Source: Candidatus Omnitrophota bacterium (GTDB taxonomy: Bacteria > Omnitrophota > Gorgyraeia > Pluralincolimonadales > Pluralincolimonadaceae). Taken from it: a DNA stretch of 64,000 nt. Position 1 is the stretch's first letter, and the number at the start of each line of letters is the position of its first letter. The DNA is taken from positions 1,638 through 65,637 of the forward strand of contig CAISWF010000170.1 of the NCBI GenBank assembly GCA_903889135.1, written 5' to 3'. Below, in pieces: positions 7,722 to 16,951 of this stretch. The notes under the pieces were generated by a model, which did not search any database, was not told the DNA's origin, and saw nothing but the letters and a program-made list of their open reading frames with translations. A program made the translations under genes and the position numbers.

Positions 7722-9702
7722 TAAGACAATAGGCAGGAGACTTAAAAATATAGTTATCGGAGGGGCGTACGATCCGCACGATAAGAAGATATTCCACAAT
7801 ATCTCCCTTATAGCTTTTTTCGCGTGGATAGGCATCGGCGCCGACGGACTCTCTTCGTCTTGCTACGGCCCCCAGGAAGCGTTCCTGGCGTTACAGGGCC
7901 ACATGTACCTGGGCATCTTCGTCGCCCTGCTGTCAGCCGCGACGATCGCGATCATAAGCGCGAGCTATTCACAGATAGTCGAGATATTCCCGTCCGGAGG
8001 AGGAGGATATCTTGTTGCCAGCAAACTGCTCTCTCCGAAGACCGGCATGGTCTCCGGCTGCGCCCTCCTGATAGACTACATACTTACGATAACCGTCTCT
8101 GTCGCGGCCGGCGCCGATGCGGTTTTCAGTTTCCTCCCGGCAAGCTGGTATCCGTACAGGCTTTTATTCGCCTGCCTTGTATTGTTCGGGCTTATACTTC
8201 TTAACCTTAGGGGCGTTAAGGAGTCAGTCATGGTCCTTATGCCGATCTTCATTGTATTCATGATAACCCACATATTGCTGATCTTATATGCCCTCTCGCT
8301 GCACGCCTCGAATTTCCCGCAGGTGGTCTCGCAGACGAGGATCGATGCGCACAATACGGCCGCGCAATTGGGTTTTTTCGGGATGGTATTCCTCGTATTA
8401 AGGGCATACAGCATGGGCGCCGGTACCTATACCGGCATCGAGGCTGTCAGCAATTCGCTTCCCGTACTGAGAGAGCCGAAAGTCGAGACAGCGAAGCGGA
8501 CCATGCTCTACATGTCCCTATCTCTCGCTTTTATGGTCTTGGGCCTTACGCTCGCTTACGTCCTCTTTAAGGTACAATTCCAGGAAGGCAAGACATTAAA
8601 TGCCGTGTTGCTGGAGCAGGTGACCGGCTCATGGGGCAGGAGCTGGGGCGTGCCGTTTATCCTTATAACGCTCGTCTCCGAAGCGGTCCTGCTTTTCGTC
8701 GCGGCGCAGACCGGTTTTATCGACGGACCGAGGGTGTTATCGTATATGGCGCTCGATAAATGGGTGCCGACGAGGTTCGCGACGTTAAGCGACCGCTTTG
8801 TCACGTTAAACGGCGTCTTGATAATGGGCGCGGCCGCGCTGGTCCTTATGATATCCACGCGCGGGTCTGTCGCGCTCCTGGTCGTCCTGTATAGTATAAA
8901 CGTTTTCATTACTTTCACCCTTTCGCAGGCAGGGATGGTCCGCCATTGGTGGATCGAGCGCAAGGTATTGCCATCGTGGCGCAGAAAACTCGCGATAAAC
9001 GGTGTCGGCCTGGTGATGACCGCTTTTATACTTATATCAATAATCGTCGTGAAATTCACCGAGGGCGGATGGATAACGCTGGTCGTGACCGGGACGCTCA
9101 TCTTTATCGTAGTTTCGATAAGGAGGCATTATGACAATACGGCGAAATTATTAAAGAGGCTCGACGCCCTTGTCATGGCGGCCGGTTATTCCAGTTCCGA
9201 GGAGATCCCGGGCATAACGAAGAAAGAGATAGGGGAATTCGATCCCGAGGCGAAGACCGCCGTCCTGCTCGTCAACGGATTTAACGGGATGGGGCTCCAC
9301 ACGCTCTTCAATGTCTTCCGGCTCTTCGGGGATTCGTTCAAGAATTTCGTTTTCGTGCAGATAGCCGTAATAGACGCGGGAAATTTCAAGGGGGCGGCTG
9401 AATTGGACCGCCTGCAGGCTCAGGCAAAGAGCGAGATAGACCGTTACGTCAAATTCGTCGAACAGCACGGCTACCATGCCGAAGGCATGTTCTCGATCGG
9501 GACCGACGTGGTAGAGGAGGCCTCAAAACTCGGGCCGAAGATAGTCGAAAAATACCCGCAATCCGTCTTCTTCGGAGGCCAGATAGTCTTCCCTAAGGAA
9601 ACGTTCCTTACCAGGCTGCTCCATAATTACACCGTCTTCTCGATGCAGAGGAAATTCTACCACGAGGGGATACCGGTAGTCATCCTTCCGATAAGAGTCT
9701 AA
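7711..9702 (+). CDS. APC family permease, KimA/YdaO-like (possible K+ transporter)
   Basis: DGLSSSCYG, PSGGGGY, TGIEAVSN, C-terminal soluble domain. Confidence 0.8.
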   Translation: MEPDKTIGRRLKNIVIGGAYDPHDKKIFHNISLIAFFAWIGIGADGLSSSCYGPQEAFLALQGHMYLGIFVALLSAATIAIISASYSQIVEIFPSGGGGYLVASKLLSPKTGMVSGCALLIDYILTITVSVAAGADAVFSFLPASWYPYRLLFACLVLFGLILLNLRGVKESVMVLMPIFIVFMITHILLILYALSLHASNFPQVVSQTRIDAHNTAAQLGFFGMVFLVLRAYSMGAGTYTGIEAVSNSLPVLREPKVETAKRTMLYMSLSLAFMVLGLTLAYVLFKVQFQEGKTLNAVLLEQVTGSWGRSWGVPFILITLVSEAVLLFVAAQTGFIDGPRVLSYMALDKWVPTRFATLSDRFVTLNGVLIMGAAALVLMISTRGSVALLVVLYSINVFITFTLSQAGMVRHWWIERKVLPSWRRKLAINGVGLVMTAFILISIIVVKFTEGGWITLVVTGTLIFIVVSIRRHYDNTAKLLKRLDALVMAAGYSSSEEIPGITKKEIGEFDPEAKTAVLLVNGFNGMGLHTLFNVFRLFGDSFKNFVFVQIAVIDAGNFKGAAELDRLQAQAKSEIDRYVKFVEQHGYHAEGMFSIGTDVVEEASKLGPKIVEKYPQSVFFGGQIVFPKETFLTRLLHNYTVFSMQRKFYHEGIPVVILPIRV

Positions 9703-9711
9703 TAAGACAAA

Positions 9712-9748
9712 ATAAACCCGCCTAAAATAATGCGTTAGGCGGGTTTAT
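9712..9748 (-). terminator. Intrinsic terminator, probably bidirectional
   Basis: ATAAACCCGCCTAA...TTAGGCGGGTTTAT 14-bp stem between convergent APC gene and tRNA-Leu; T-rich tail on the - strand. Confidence 0.8.
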
Positions 9749-9749
9749 C

Positions 9750-9836
9750 TGGTGCCGGGGGAGGGAGTTGAACCCTCATGCCCTTACGGACATCAGTTTT
9801 TGAGACTGACTTGTATGCCAGTTCCAACACCCCGGC
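9750..9836 (-). tRNA. tRNA-Leu(CAA)
   Basis: 87-nt cloverleaf with long variable arm; anticodon arm TCAGT-CTCAAAA-ACTGA; encoded CCA. Confidence 0.95.
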
Positions 9837-9855
9837 AGTAAATCGGGCGGATTTA

Positions 9856-10719
9856 TTATTTCATCGCTTCCTTGGTATTCTTTACGAACGGCTCAAGCAG
9901 GTTCATGAATTCCATCGGGAAGATATATTTCGTCGACGGGCTCTGTCCCAAAGCTTTCAGCGTCTCAAGGTACTGGAGCGAAAGCGTTTTCGCGTCGACG
10001 TTCTTGGCTACAGAGAATATCCTATCTAACGCCAGCGAAAAACCCTCAGCCCTTAGTATTGCCGCCTGCCTGTCGCCCTCAGCCTTCAATATTGCCGACT
10101 GCTTCTCGCCCTCGGCTACCGTTATGGCCGCGGCTTTTGTACCTTCCGCCTCGATGATCACGGCGCGACGGGTCCTTTCGGCGGACATCTGCCTGATCAT
10201 GGCGTCGGATACGTCCTTGGGCGGCAGGATCTCGCGGATCTCGACGGTAGTTACCTTAACGCCCCAGCGCTCGGTGACATCGTCAAGTTTTTGGCGGAGG
10301 ACCGTGTTTATCTGCTCGCGTTTTGAAAGGACTTCATCAAGCCCTAAGTCGCCGACTACGGCTCTCAGGGTGGTCGTAGCGATACCCTGCGACGCTGCCG
10401 CGAAATTGCCTACCTGTATGATGCTCTTGTCCGGGTCGATGACCTTCCAGTAGATAAGGAAATCTATCGATATCGGCGCGTTGTCTTTCGTGATGCACGT
10501 CTGTTGGGGTATCTCAAGGAACAACTCCCTTAAGTCCACGTTCAGAGCCTGGTCTAGTATAGGGATAAGGAATACTATTCCCGGGCCCCTCTGGCCGATA
10601 GAGCGGCCGAGGCGGAAGACTACAAGGCGCTTGTATTCCCTGACGATCCTTATCGAGTTCGAAAGTACTATTATCCCGACTACCAGTAAAAAGAATATGA
10701 TCATTCCGCTAATAGCCAT
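9856..10719 (-). CDS. SPFH/band 7 (stomatin-like) protein
   Basis: VVFRLGR, ITKDN, TTLRAVVG, WGVKVTTVEIREI, AEG repeats. Confidence 0.93.
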   Translation of the reverse strand: MAISGMIIFFLLVVGIIVLSNSIRIVREYKRLVVFRLGRSIGQRGPGIVFLIPILDQALNVDLRELFLEIPQQTCITKDNAPISIDFLIYWKVIDPDKSIIQVGNFAAASQGIATTTLRAVVGDLGLDEVLSKREQINTVLRQKLDDVTERWGVKVTTVEIREILPPKDVSDAMIRQMSAERTRRAVIIEAEGTKAAAITVAEGEKQSAILKAEGDRQAAILRAEGFSLALDRIFSVAKNVDAKTLSLQYLETLKALGQSPSTKYIFPMEFMNLLEPFVKNTKEAMK

Positions 10720-11439
10720 TTATTGCCTCGCTTTCTCAACCTTTACGATTAAACCGTCAACCGACTTCACCTTGATCTTTTCGCCGCTCTTTATCGTTCC
10801 TTCTAATGATTCCGCGTACCAATCCTCGCCCTTTATATGCACGATCCCTTTAGGGATAAGGTCTGTCTTTGCCTCGCCTATGTTATCGGTAAGGCTTTCA
10901 GTGCCTGAAAAGGCTTTGCGTTTCTGGGCCTTAAGGATGAGCGGAAGCACAAATGCCATCAGGCCGGTCGTGCTTATGACCATCGCCGCGATGAGCGCTT
11001 TCGAGAGTTTCGTGAACTGCGGATCGGCCTTAAAAAGTATAAGGGAGCCGATAGTCAACGCCAGAATACCGCAGACGGTCAGTATGCCGTGCGTCGGCGC
11101 TTTCACGTCCAGCACGAACAGCACAAAGCTGAGCAGCATCACGATCAGCCCCGTGTAGTTGACCGGCAGGGAACCCATCCCGATGAAGGCGAGCGCCAGG
11201 CTCGCTATGCCTATGACGCTGCCGATCGTTATGCCGGGCGTGGCTATCTCGAATATTATCCCGTAAAAGCCGATAATAAGGAGGAGATACACAAGATTCG
11301 GGTCCTTCAGGCCGTCCAAAAACCCCTGAAGGGTACTTGCACCCCGCAGGGTGGTCCCGCCCTCTACCTGGGCGAAGAGCGGCGCGGCGGAGATCGCCAG
11401 GGACAAAAATATCGCGGCTATTAACAGTAGTTTTTTCAT
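10720..11439 (-). CDS. nfeD: NfeD family protein without the N-terminal protease domain
   Basis: Signal peptide, DPNLVYLL...FEIATPG membrane domain, C-terminal OB fold (GIVHIKGEDWYA); adjacent to SPFH gene. Confidence 0.85.
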   Translation of the reverse strand: MKKLLLIAAIFLSLAISAAPLFAQVEGGTTLRGASTLQGFLDGLKDPNLVYLLLIIGFYGIIFEIATPGITIGSVIGIASLALAFIGMGSLPVNYTGLIVMLLSFVLFVLDVKAPTHGILTVCGILALTIGSLILFKADPQFTKLSKALIAAMVISTTGLMAFVLPLILKAQKRKAFSGTESLTDNIGEAKTDLIPKGIVHIKGEDWYAESLEGTIKSGEKIKVKSVDGLIVKVEKARQ

Positions 11440-11466
11440 TTTATCCTCGCGGTTAGAGTAGGTTAA

Positions 11467-11495
11467 AATATACCACCCCCTTGCGGTGTTGTCAA
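11467..11495 (-). promoter_or_regulatory. sigma70 promoter of nfeD-SPFH-tRNA-Leu
   Basis: TTGACA-17nt-TATATT. Confidence 0.75.
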
Positions 11496-11516
11496 TCCTT
11501 CGCTTCGCTCAGGATT
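11494..11516. repeat. REP-like palindrome (CTTCGCTCAGG type)
   Basis: AATCCT-TCGCTTCGCTC-AGGATT; near-identical core at 53785-53804. Confidence 0.7.
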
Positions 11517-11524
11517 ATATTGTA

Positions 11525-11553
11525 TTGACGACGGGACTCTTAAGTGATATCAT
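11525..11553 (+). promoter_or_regulatory. sigma70 promoter of tRNA-Ala operon
   Basis: TTGACG-17nt-TATCAT. Confidence 0.7.
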
Positions 11554-11584
11554 TTTATCCCTATCCGAGAGGAAAATTATGCGT

Positions 11585-11660
11585 GGGGCTGTAGCTCACC
11601 CGGGAGAGCGCCTGCATGGCATGCAGGAGGTAAGGGGTTCGATCCCCCTCAGCTCCACCA
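11585..11660 (+). tRNA. tRNA-Ala(GGC)
   Basis: 76-nt cloverleaf, G3:U70, anticodon loop ATGGCAT, encoded CCA. Confidence 0.95.
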
Positions 11661-11700
11661 TTTTTTTATAAAAAACAACCATCTAACCCAAGGCCGATCA

Positions 11701-12204
11701 ATGACCAAGGTCTGCTCCGGATGCAAAAGGGAATTCAGCGAACTCGAGGGCCTTCGGCTCTCCTTCGGGGTTTGCCCGGACTGCGGCGGTACGGTCGTGA
11801 CGAAAGAGGCGGATATATCCGGTTTGAAGTATGCGACCATATTCGTTGCCGATGGAAGGGATGAAGCCGAAGAGGTAAGGCGCAGGCTGGACATAAACAG
11901 GATATCATATGTCACCCGCGGCGATTGGGAGTCGCGGAAAATTTACATAGATTTTTTGGTGAGGGAAGACAAGGCCGAGGAAGCGGCAGCCCTTCTTAAG
12001 GATATCATAGATGCCGAAGCCGTCCCGGAGCCGCCCACTGCCGAAGACGGGCAAGAAGTGCCTCATGTTTCCCCGGTACCAAAAGCGGTCTTTGACCGGA
12101 GCCAGACAGAGGACAAGGGCTCGAATAATGTAGCGATCCTGATAATCTCTTTCGCCGTTTTCGCTCTCCTCGTTATATTATTGAACTATATGGTGAAAAA
12201 ATGA
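11701..12204 (+). CDS. Hypothetical zinc-ribbon protein with C-terminal TM anchor
   Basis: CSGC...CPDC; small alpha/beta middle domain; hydrophobic C-terminus. Confidence 0.7.
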   Translation: MTKVCSGCKREFSELEGLRLSFGVCPDCGGTVVTKEADISGLKYATIFVADGRDEAEEVRRRLDINRISYVTRGDWESRKIYIDFLVREDKAEEAAALLKDIIDAEAVPEPPTAEDGQEVPHVSPVPKAVFDRSQTEDKGSNNVAILIISFAVFALLVILLNYMVKK

Positions 12205-13049
12205 AACTCGGCGTTCACGTATCTATAGCTGGGCATATCTACGAGGCGGTCGACAGGGCCGCCGCGCTGGGATGCAATGCGTTCCAGATATTCAGCCGCA
12301 ACCCTCGCGGATGGGAAGCGCTCGCCCTTGTGCCTGCCGACGTAGAGGAATTCAAGAGGCGCCGCAAAGATAAGAAGATATCGCCGGTCGTCGTCCATAT
12401 CCCTTACCTTATAAATCTCTGCTCCGGCGATGATGCCTTATGGAAGAAATCTCTGGATGCTTATATAGAAGACATCAAGCGGGCAGACGCGCTGGAAGCG
12501 GATTATTTCGTCACGCACCTCGGGAGCCCGAAAGACAAGGGCCGCGATTACGGGGTCGAGCGGTTCTCGAAAGGGATCGTCGAAGCGGTGACCGGCGCGA
12601 AGCCTAAGCTCATGATATTGCTTGAGAACACGGCCGGCGGCGGCGATTCGATCGGCTCGAAGTTCGAGGATATCGCCGAAATAATGAAGAACGTCAAGGC
12701 AAAGACCGGCGTAGATGTCGGAATGTGCCTCGACACCGCGCATACGTTCGAGGCGGGATTCGACGTCGGCACAGAGGAAGGGCTTGAAACGGCCTTAAAA
12801 AAGATTGATTCCACCGCAGGACTTGGTAAGATAAAGGTCGTACACTTTAACGATTCGTTGAGCGAGATGGGGTCGCATAACGACAGGCACTGGCATATCG
12901 GCAAGGGAAAGATCGGCGCCGGCGGCCTGAAGCGCATCGTAACCCATCCGAAACTCAAGGATTGCGCGTTCATCCTCGAGACGCCGAAAGAGACAGAGGA
13001 CGCGGACAAAAAGAACCTCGCGGCCGTAAGGAAGATGAGAAAGGATTAG
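12201..13049 (+). CDS. nfo: Endonuclease IV
   Basis: GVHVSIAG, HIPYLINL, LENTAG, DTAH, HFNDS, DRH, ETP. Confidence 0.95.
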   Translation: MKLGVHVSIAGHIYEAVDRAAALGCNAFQIFSRNPRGWEALALVPADVEEFKRRRKDKKISPVVVHIPYLINLCSGDDALWKKSLDAYIEDIKRADALEADYFVTHLGSPKDKGRDYGVERFSKGIVEAVTGAKPKLMILLENTAGGGDSIGSKFEDIAEIMKNVKAKTGVDVGMCLDTAHTFEAGFDVGTEEGLETALKKIDSTAGLGKIKVVHFNDSLSEMGSHNDRHWHIGKGKIGAGGLKRIVTHPKLKDCAFILETPKETEDADKKNLAAVRKMRKD

Positions 13050-15461
13050 ATGTACGATTTCAAGGCGATAGAAGAGAAGTGGCAGGAATATTGGGCGAAG
13101 AACGGGGTCTTTAAAGTAAAGACCGATCCCGCCAGGAAAAAATATTACCTCCTCGAGATGTTCCCGTACCCGTCCGGCCGCATCCACATGGGGCATGTCC
13201 GCAATTACACGATAGGCGACGTCGCCGCCCGCGTCAAGATCATGCAGGGATACAACGTCCTGCATCCGATGGGCTACGACGCGTTCGGCCAGCCGGCAGA
13301 GAACGCCGCCATTAAAAATAAAAGCCATCCGGAGACCTGGACGATAAGCTGCATAGACAACATGAGGAAGCAGCTCAAGAAGATGGGCCTCTCGTACGAT
13401 TGGGACAGGGAGGTCTCGACGTGCCTTCCCGATTATTACCGATGGAACCAGTGGATATTTCTGAAGATGCTCGAGGAAGGCCTCGCCTACAAAAAGGCCG
13501 CCGACGTCAACTGGTGTCCGGACTGCGAGACGACGCTTGCCAATGAAGAGGTCATAGACGGGAAATGCTGGCGGTGTAAGAAAGAAGTAAAACAGAAAAA
13601 GCTCGAACAGTGGTACCTAAAAATCACCGATTACAAGGAACCACTGCATAACGACCTGTTACAACTTAAGGAATGGCCGGATCGTGTCATTGCCATGCAG
13701 ATGAACTGGATCGGCAAGAGCAAGGGCGTCGAGATATTCTTCAAAGAAAGGGAAACCAGCGAGGTCATCCCCGTTTTTACGACACGCCAGGATACGATAT
13801 TCGGTTGTACCTATGTTGTACTAGCTCCCGAGCACCCGCTCGTCAAAAAAATAATAACCGGGAAGCCTCAGGAAAAACAGGTCCTGCAGTTCATAGATAA
13901 GGTATCGAAGGAGAGCAAGGTCGTCCGCGTTGCCGCCGATGTTAAGAAAGAAGGTATCTTTACCGGCGGGTATGCGATAAATCCGGTAAATAATGAGGCG
14001 GTCCAGATATGGGTTGCCGATTATGTCCTGATGGAATATGGCACCGGCGCGATAATGGCAGTGCCCGCACATGACCAGCGGGATTTTTTATTCGCGAAAG
14101 AACACGGTTTGCCGATGCGCGTAGTGATTCAGCCTGGTTTGGATAACGCTTCTAAACTTTCAGCTGAGACCATGACCGAGGCATTTGAGGGCCAAGGGAC
14201 AATGGCTTACTTGGTCAATTCCGGTCAGTTTAACGAATTACGAAATTGGACGGCAAAGGAAAAGATCGCCGATTGGATGGAACAGGCTAATATCGGCAAG
14301 CGCACTGTCAACTGGCGTCTACGCGACTGGCTCATCTCGCGCCAGCGTTATTGGGGAACGCCGATACCGGTCATATATTGTGAAAAATGCGGCGTAGTCC
14401 CGGTCCCCGAGAAAGACCTGCCGGTCATCCTGCCGAAAAAAGTCGAATTTACCGGCAAGGGCGGCAGCCCGCTCGCCTCGGTAAAGGAATTTACAGATGT
14501 CAAATGCCCGAAGTGCGGGGGCAAGGCGCGCCGCGAGACAGACACCATGGCGACGTTCATAGATTCATCCTGGTACTTCTTGAGATTTTGCTCCCCGAAG
14601 TATGACAAAGGAGCGTTCGATAAGGAAGACGTCAAATACTGGATGCCGGTCGACCAGTATATCGGCGGCATAGAGCATGCGGTATTGCATCTTTTATATT
14701 CGAGGTTCTTCACGAAATTCCTTCAGCGTATCGGACTCTTGGATTTTTCGGAACCGTTCCAGAAGTTATTGACGCAGGGGATGGTCTTGAAGGACGGCGA
14801 GGTTATGTCGAAATCGCGCGGGAACATCGTCGATCCCGACGAGATAATCGCGAAATATGGCGCGGACACGATGAGGCTGTTCATCCTCTTCGCGGCGCCG
14901 CCGGATACGGAACTTGAATGGGAAGAGCGCGGCACCGAAGGCGCTTTCAGGTTCCTGAACCGCGTCTGGCGCATTCAGGAGAACCTGAAAGAAAAGGCCG
15001 ACCCGGAGCTCATAAAGCTGACGCACAAGACGATAAAGAAGGTCACCGAAGATATAAACGAATTCAAGTTCAACACGGCTATCGCGGGCATGATGGAACT
15101 GGTGAACGCGATATACCAGTCCGGCGCCGATAAAGAAGTTTTCTCGGCGCTCGTACTGCTGCTTTCGCCGATAGCGCCGCATTTCTGCGAGGAGTTGTGG
15201 CAGTCGCTTGGCAATAGGGGGAGCATTTTGAAAGCCGGTTGGCCGAAATACGACCCGAAGATGCTGGTCGAGGAGAATATCACGATAGTCATACAGGTGA
15301 ACGGCAAAGTCCGCTCGAAGATCGAAGTGCCTGCGGGCATCACAAATGAGGAGCTTAAGGAACTAGCCCTCGGGGACGAAAAAGTAAAACCGTGGCTCGA
15401 GGGAAAGACTGCCAGGAATATCGTAATTGTGCCGAAGAGGCTGGTAAGCATCGTTGTTTGA
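13050..15461 (+). CDS. leuS: Leucine--tRNA ligase
   Basis: MFPYPSG, HMGH, GTGAIMAVPAHDQRD editing motif, MSKS. Confidence 0.98.
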   Translation: MYDFKAIEEKWQEYWAKNGVFKVKTDPARKKYYLLEMFPYPSGRIHMGHVRNYTIGDVAARVKIMQGYNVLHPMGYDAFGQPAENAAIKNKSHPETWTISCIDNMRKQLKKMGLSYDWDREVSTCLPDYYRWNQWIFLKMLEEGLAYKKAADVNWCPDCETTLANEEVIDGKCWRCKKEVKQKKLEQWYLKITDYKEPLHNDLLQLKEWPDRVIAMQMNWIGKSKGVEIFFKERETSEVIPVFTTRQDTIFGCTYVVLAPEHPLVKKIITGKPQEKQVLQFIDKVSKESKVVRVAADVKKEGIFTGGYAINPVNNEAVQIWVADYVLMEYGTGAIMAVPAHDQRDFLFAKEHGLPMRVVIQPGLDNASKLSAETMTEAFEGQGTMAYLVNSGQFNELRNWTAKEKIADWMEQANIGKRTVNWRLRDWLISRQRYWGTPIPVIYCEKCGVVPVPEKDLPVILPKKVEFTGKGGSPLASVKEFTDVKCPKCGGKARRETDTMATFIDSSWYFLRFCSPKYDKGAFDKEDVKYWMPVDQYIGGIEHAVLHLLYSRFFTKFLQRIGLLDFSEPFQKLLTQGMVLKDGEVMSKSRGNIVDPDEIIAKYGADTMRLFILFAAPPDTELEWEERGTEGAFRFLNRVWRIQENLKEKADPELIKLTHKTIKKVTEDINEFKFNTAIAGMMELVNAIYQSGADKEVFSALVLLLSPIAPHFCEELWQSLGNRGSILKAGWPKYDPKMLVEENITIVIQVNGKVRSKIEVPAGITNEELKELALGDEKVKPWLEGKTARNIVIVPKRLVSIVV

Positions 15462-15825
15462 CCTCACCGCTCAGGAGAAGAAGGTAATAATAGCCTTGGG
15501 CGCGTTCGCCGTCCTGGGGCTTTCGGTCCTTGCATACAGGACGTATTTCGCGCGGCCGACTTTGAGGGTTGCCCATTCCGGGGCGGGACCAGGCGCGGCC
15601 GCGGATTATAAGAAAGCCATAGACGGCCGGAACGCGGTAAATATCAATACCGCCGACGTTTCAAAGATAGAGACGCTGCCGGGCGTCGGGCCGAAACTCG
15701 CGAAAGAGATCGTCGATTACCGCGCGGAAAACGGGTTTTTCCTCCTTAAGGAAGACCTCAGGAAGGTCAAAGGCATCGGACAAAATAAATTTGACGGGAT
15801 AAAGGACTTTATTGTGCTTGAATAA
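15454..15825 (+). CDS. comEA: ComEA-family helix-hairpin-helix DNA-binding protein
   Basis: N-terminal TM; VNINTA...LPGVGPKLA...VKGIG. Confidence 0.85.
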   Translation: MFDLTAQEKKVIIALGAFAVLGLSVLAYRTYFARPTLRVAHSGAGPGAAADYKKAIDGRNAVNINTADVSKIETLPGVGPKLAKEIVDYRAENGFFLLKEDLRKVKGIGQNKFDGIKDFIVLE

Positions 15826-15846
15826 GTTTATTCGGTGTGATATATT
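15818..15846 (+). promoter_or_regulatory. sigma70 promoter
   Basis: TTGAAT-17nt-TATATT; AAGGAG SD before ATG 15898. Confidence 0.6.
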
Positions 15847-15897
15847 AAAACCTCGTTATGAAAACCCACCGTAAAAATAATAGAAAGGAGTAGTACG

Positions 15898-16926
15898 ATG
15901 TTAAAATTGAGAGTAGTTGCTGTTTTTGCGGCCATCTTTACCGTCATAGCTCTTGCGGGTTGCAACGCGGCGAAGAAGCCGGAAGTGAGCGGGCCCGCGG
16001 CTTCAAGGACCGGGATCCCGGCCGATTCTTCCGCGGCTCATAAAAGCGGAAAGGTCGTAGCGGAGATTGGGAATGAGAAGATAACGCTCGATGAAGTCGA
16101 TGAGATGATGAAGACGGTCCCGGAGCAGTATCAGTCCGTGGCGCAGGCGCATAAGGATATGTTACTGGACAGCATGATCAACCAGAAGCTGCTTTATGCC
16201 GAAGCCTCCAAACAGAATTTCGATAAAGATCCGGACGTCCAGAAACAATTGGATGATACCAGGAAAGAGTTATTGATAAAGGCCTACCTGAAAAAAGAGA
16301 TAGAGGATACGGTCAAGGTAACGGATGACGACGCGAAGAAATACTACGAGGCGAATAAGGACAAGTTCAAGGAACCCGAGAAGATAAAGGTATCGCATAT
16401 ATTAGTGGACAACGAGGCCGAGGCCAAGGATATCCTGGTTAAACTCAAGGGCGGCGCCGATTTCGCGGCTCTCGCTAAAGAGAAATCGAAGGACCCGAGC
16501 AAGGATAAAGGCGGGGAACTCGGTTTACTGAGCAAAGGCCAGACGGTCCCCGAGTTCGAGCAGGCTGCGTTCGCGCTCCAGCCCGGACAGGTAAGTGATG
16601 TGGTAAAGACCCAGTTTGGTTACCACATCATAAAAGTGACCGAGAAGCAGCCGGAGAAGATATTGGCGTATGACGATGTAAAGGACCGGTTGAAGCAGAT
16701 GCTGCTCTCCGACAAACAGAGGGAGCGCTTTGAGGCCCTCCTCAAGGACCTGAGGGACAGGAATAAGGTCACGGTTTATAAAGACGTATTAACTCCCCCC
16801 CAGCCGAAGGCCGATCCCAATGCGGCGCAGCCTCAGGCAGGGACACCCGCAGCGGCTCCGGCAGTATCGGCAACACCTGCATCGACGATGCCGGCAGCGC
16901 CTGCGCCGGCGCAGCAGGGGAAGTAA
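15898..16926 (+). CDS. PrsA/PpiC-type parvulin PPIase lipoprotein
   Basis: Lipobox LAGC; SHILV, FAALAKEKSKD, GGELG, TQFGYHII; Pro/Ala-rich tail. Confidence 0.92.
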   Translation: MLKLRVVAVFAAIFTVIALAGCNAAKKPEVSGPAASRTGIPADSSAAHKSGKVVAEIGNEKITLDEVDEMMKTVPEQYQSVAQAHKDMLLDSMINQKLLYAEASKQNFDKDPDVQKQLDDTRKELLIKAYLKKEIEDTVKVTDDDAKKYYEANKDKFKEPEKIKVSHILVDNEAEAKDILVKLKGGADFAALAKEKSKDPSKDKGGELGLLSKGQTVPEFEQAAFALQPGQVSDVVKTQFGYHIIKVTEKQPEKILAYDDVKDRLKQMLLSDKQRERFEALLKDLRDRNKVTVYKDVLTPPQPKADPNAAQPQAGTPAAAPAVSATPASTMPAAPAPAQQGK

Positions 16927-16951
16927 CCGGCTTATTGCAAATAAGTTTTAG

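Noticed and set aside
9778-10029. 83-aa + strand ORF
   Set aside because: Antisense to tRNA-Leu and the SPFH gene.
9750-11660. Genomic island between or next to the two tRNAs
   Set aside because: No integrase and no duplicated tRNA 3' end seen.
11486-11671. 61-aa ORF
   Set aside because: Overlaps a palindrome, a promoter and tRNA-Ala.
16790-16926. Pro/Ala-rich tail of the PPIase as a repeat element
   Set aside because: Low-complexity protein tail without clear DNA periodicity.
16929-16949. Weak hairpin with T-run before comEC
   Set aside because: AT-rich stem too weak to call a terminator with confidence.
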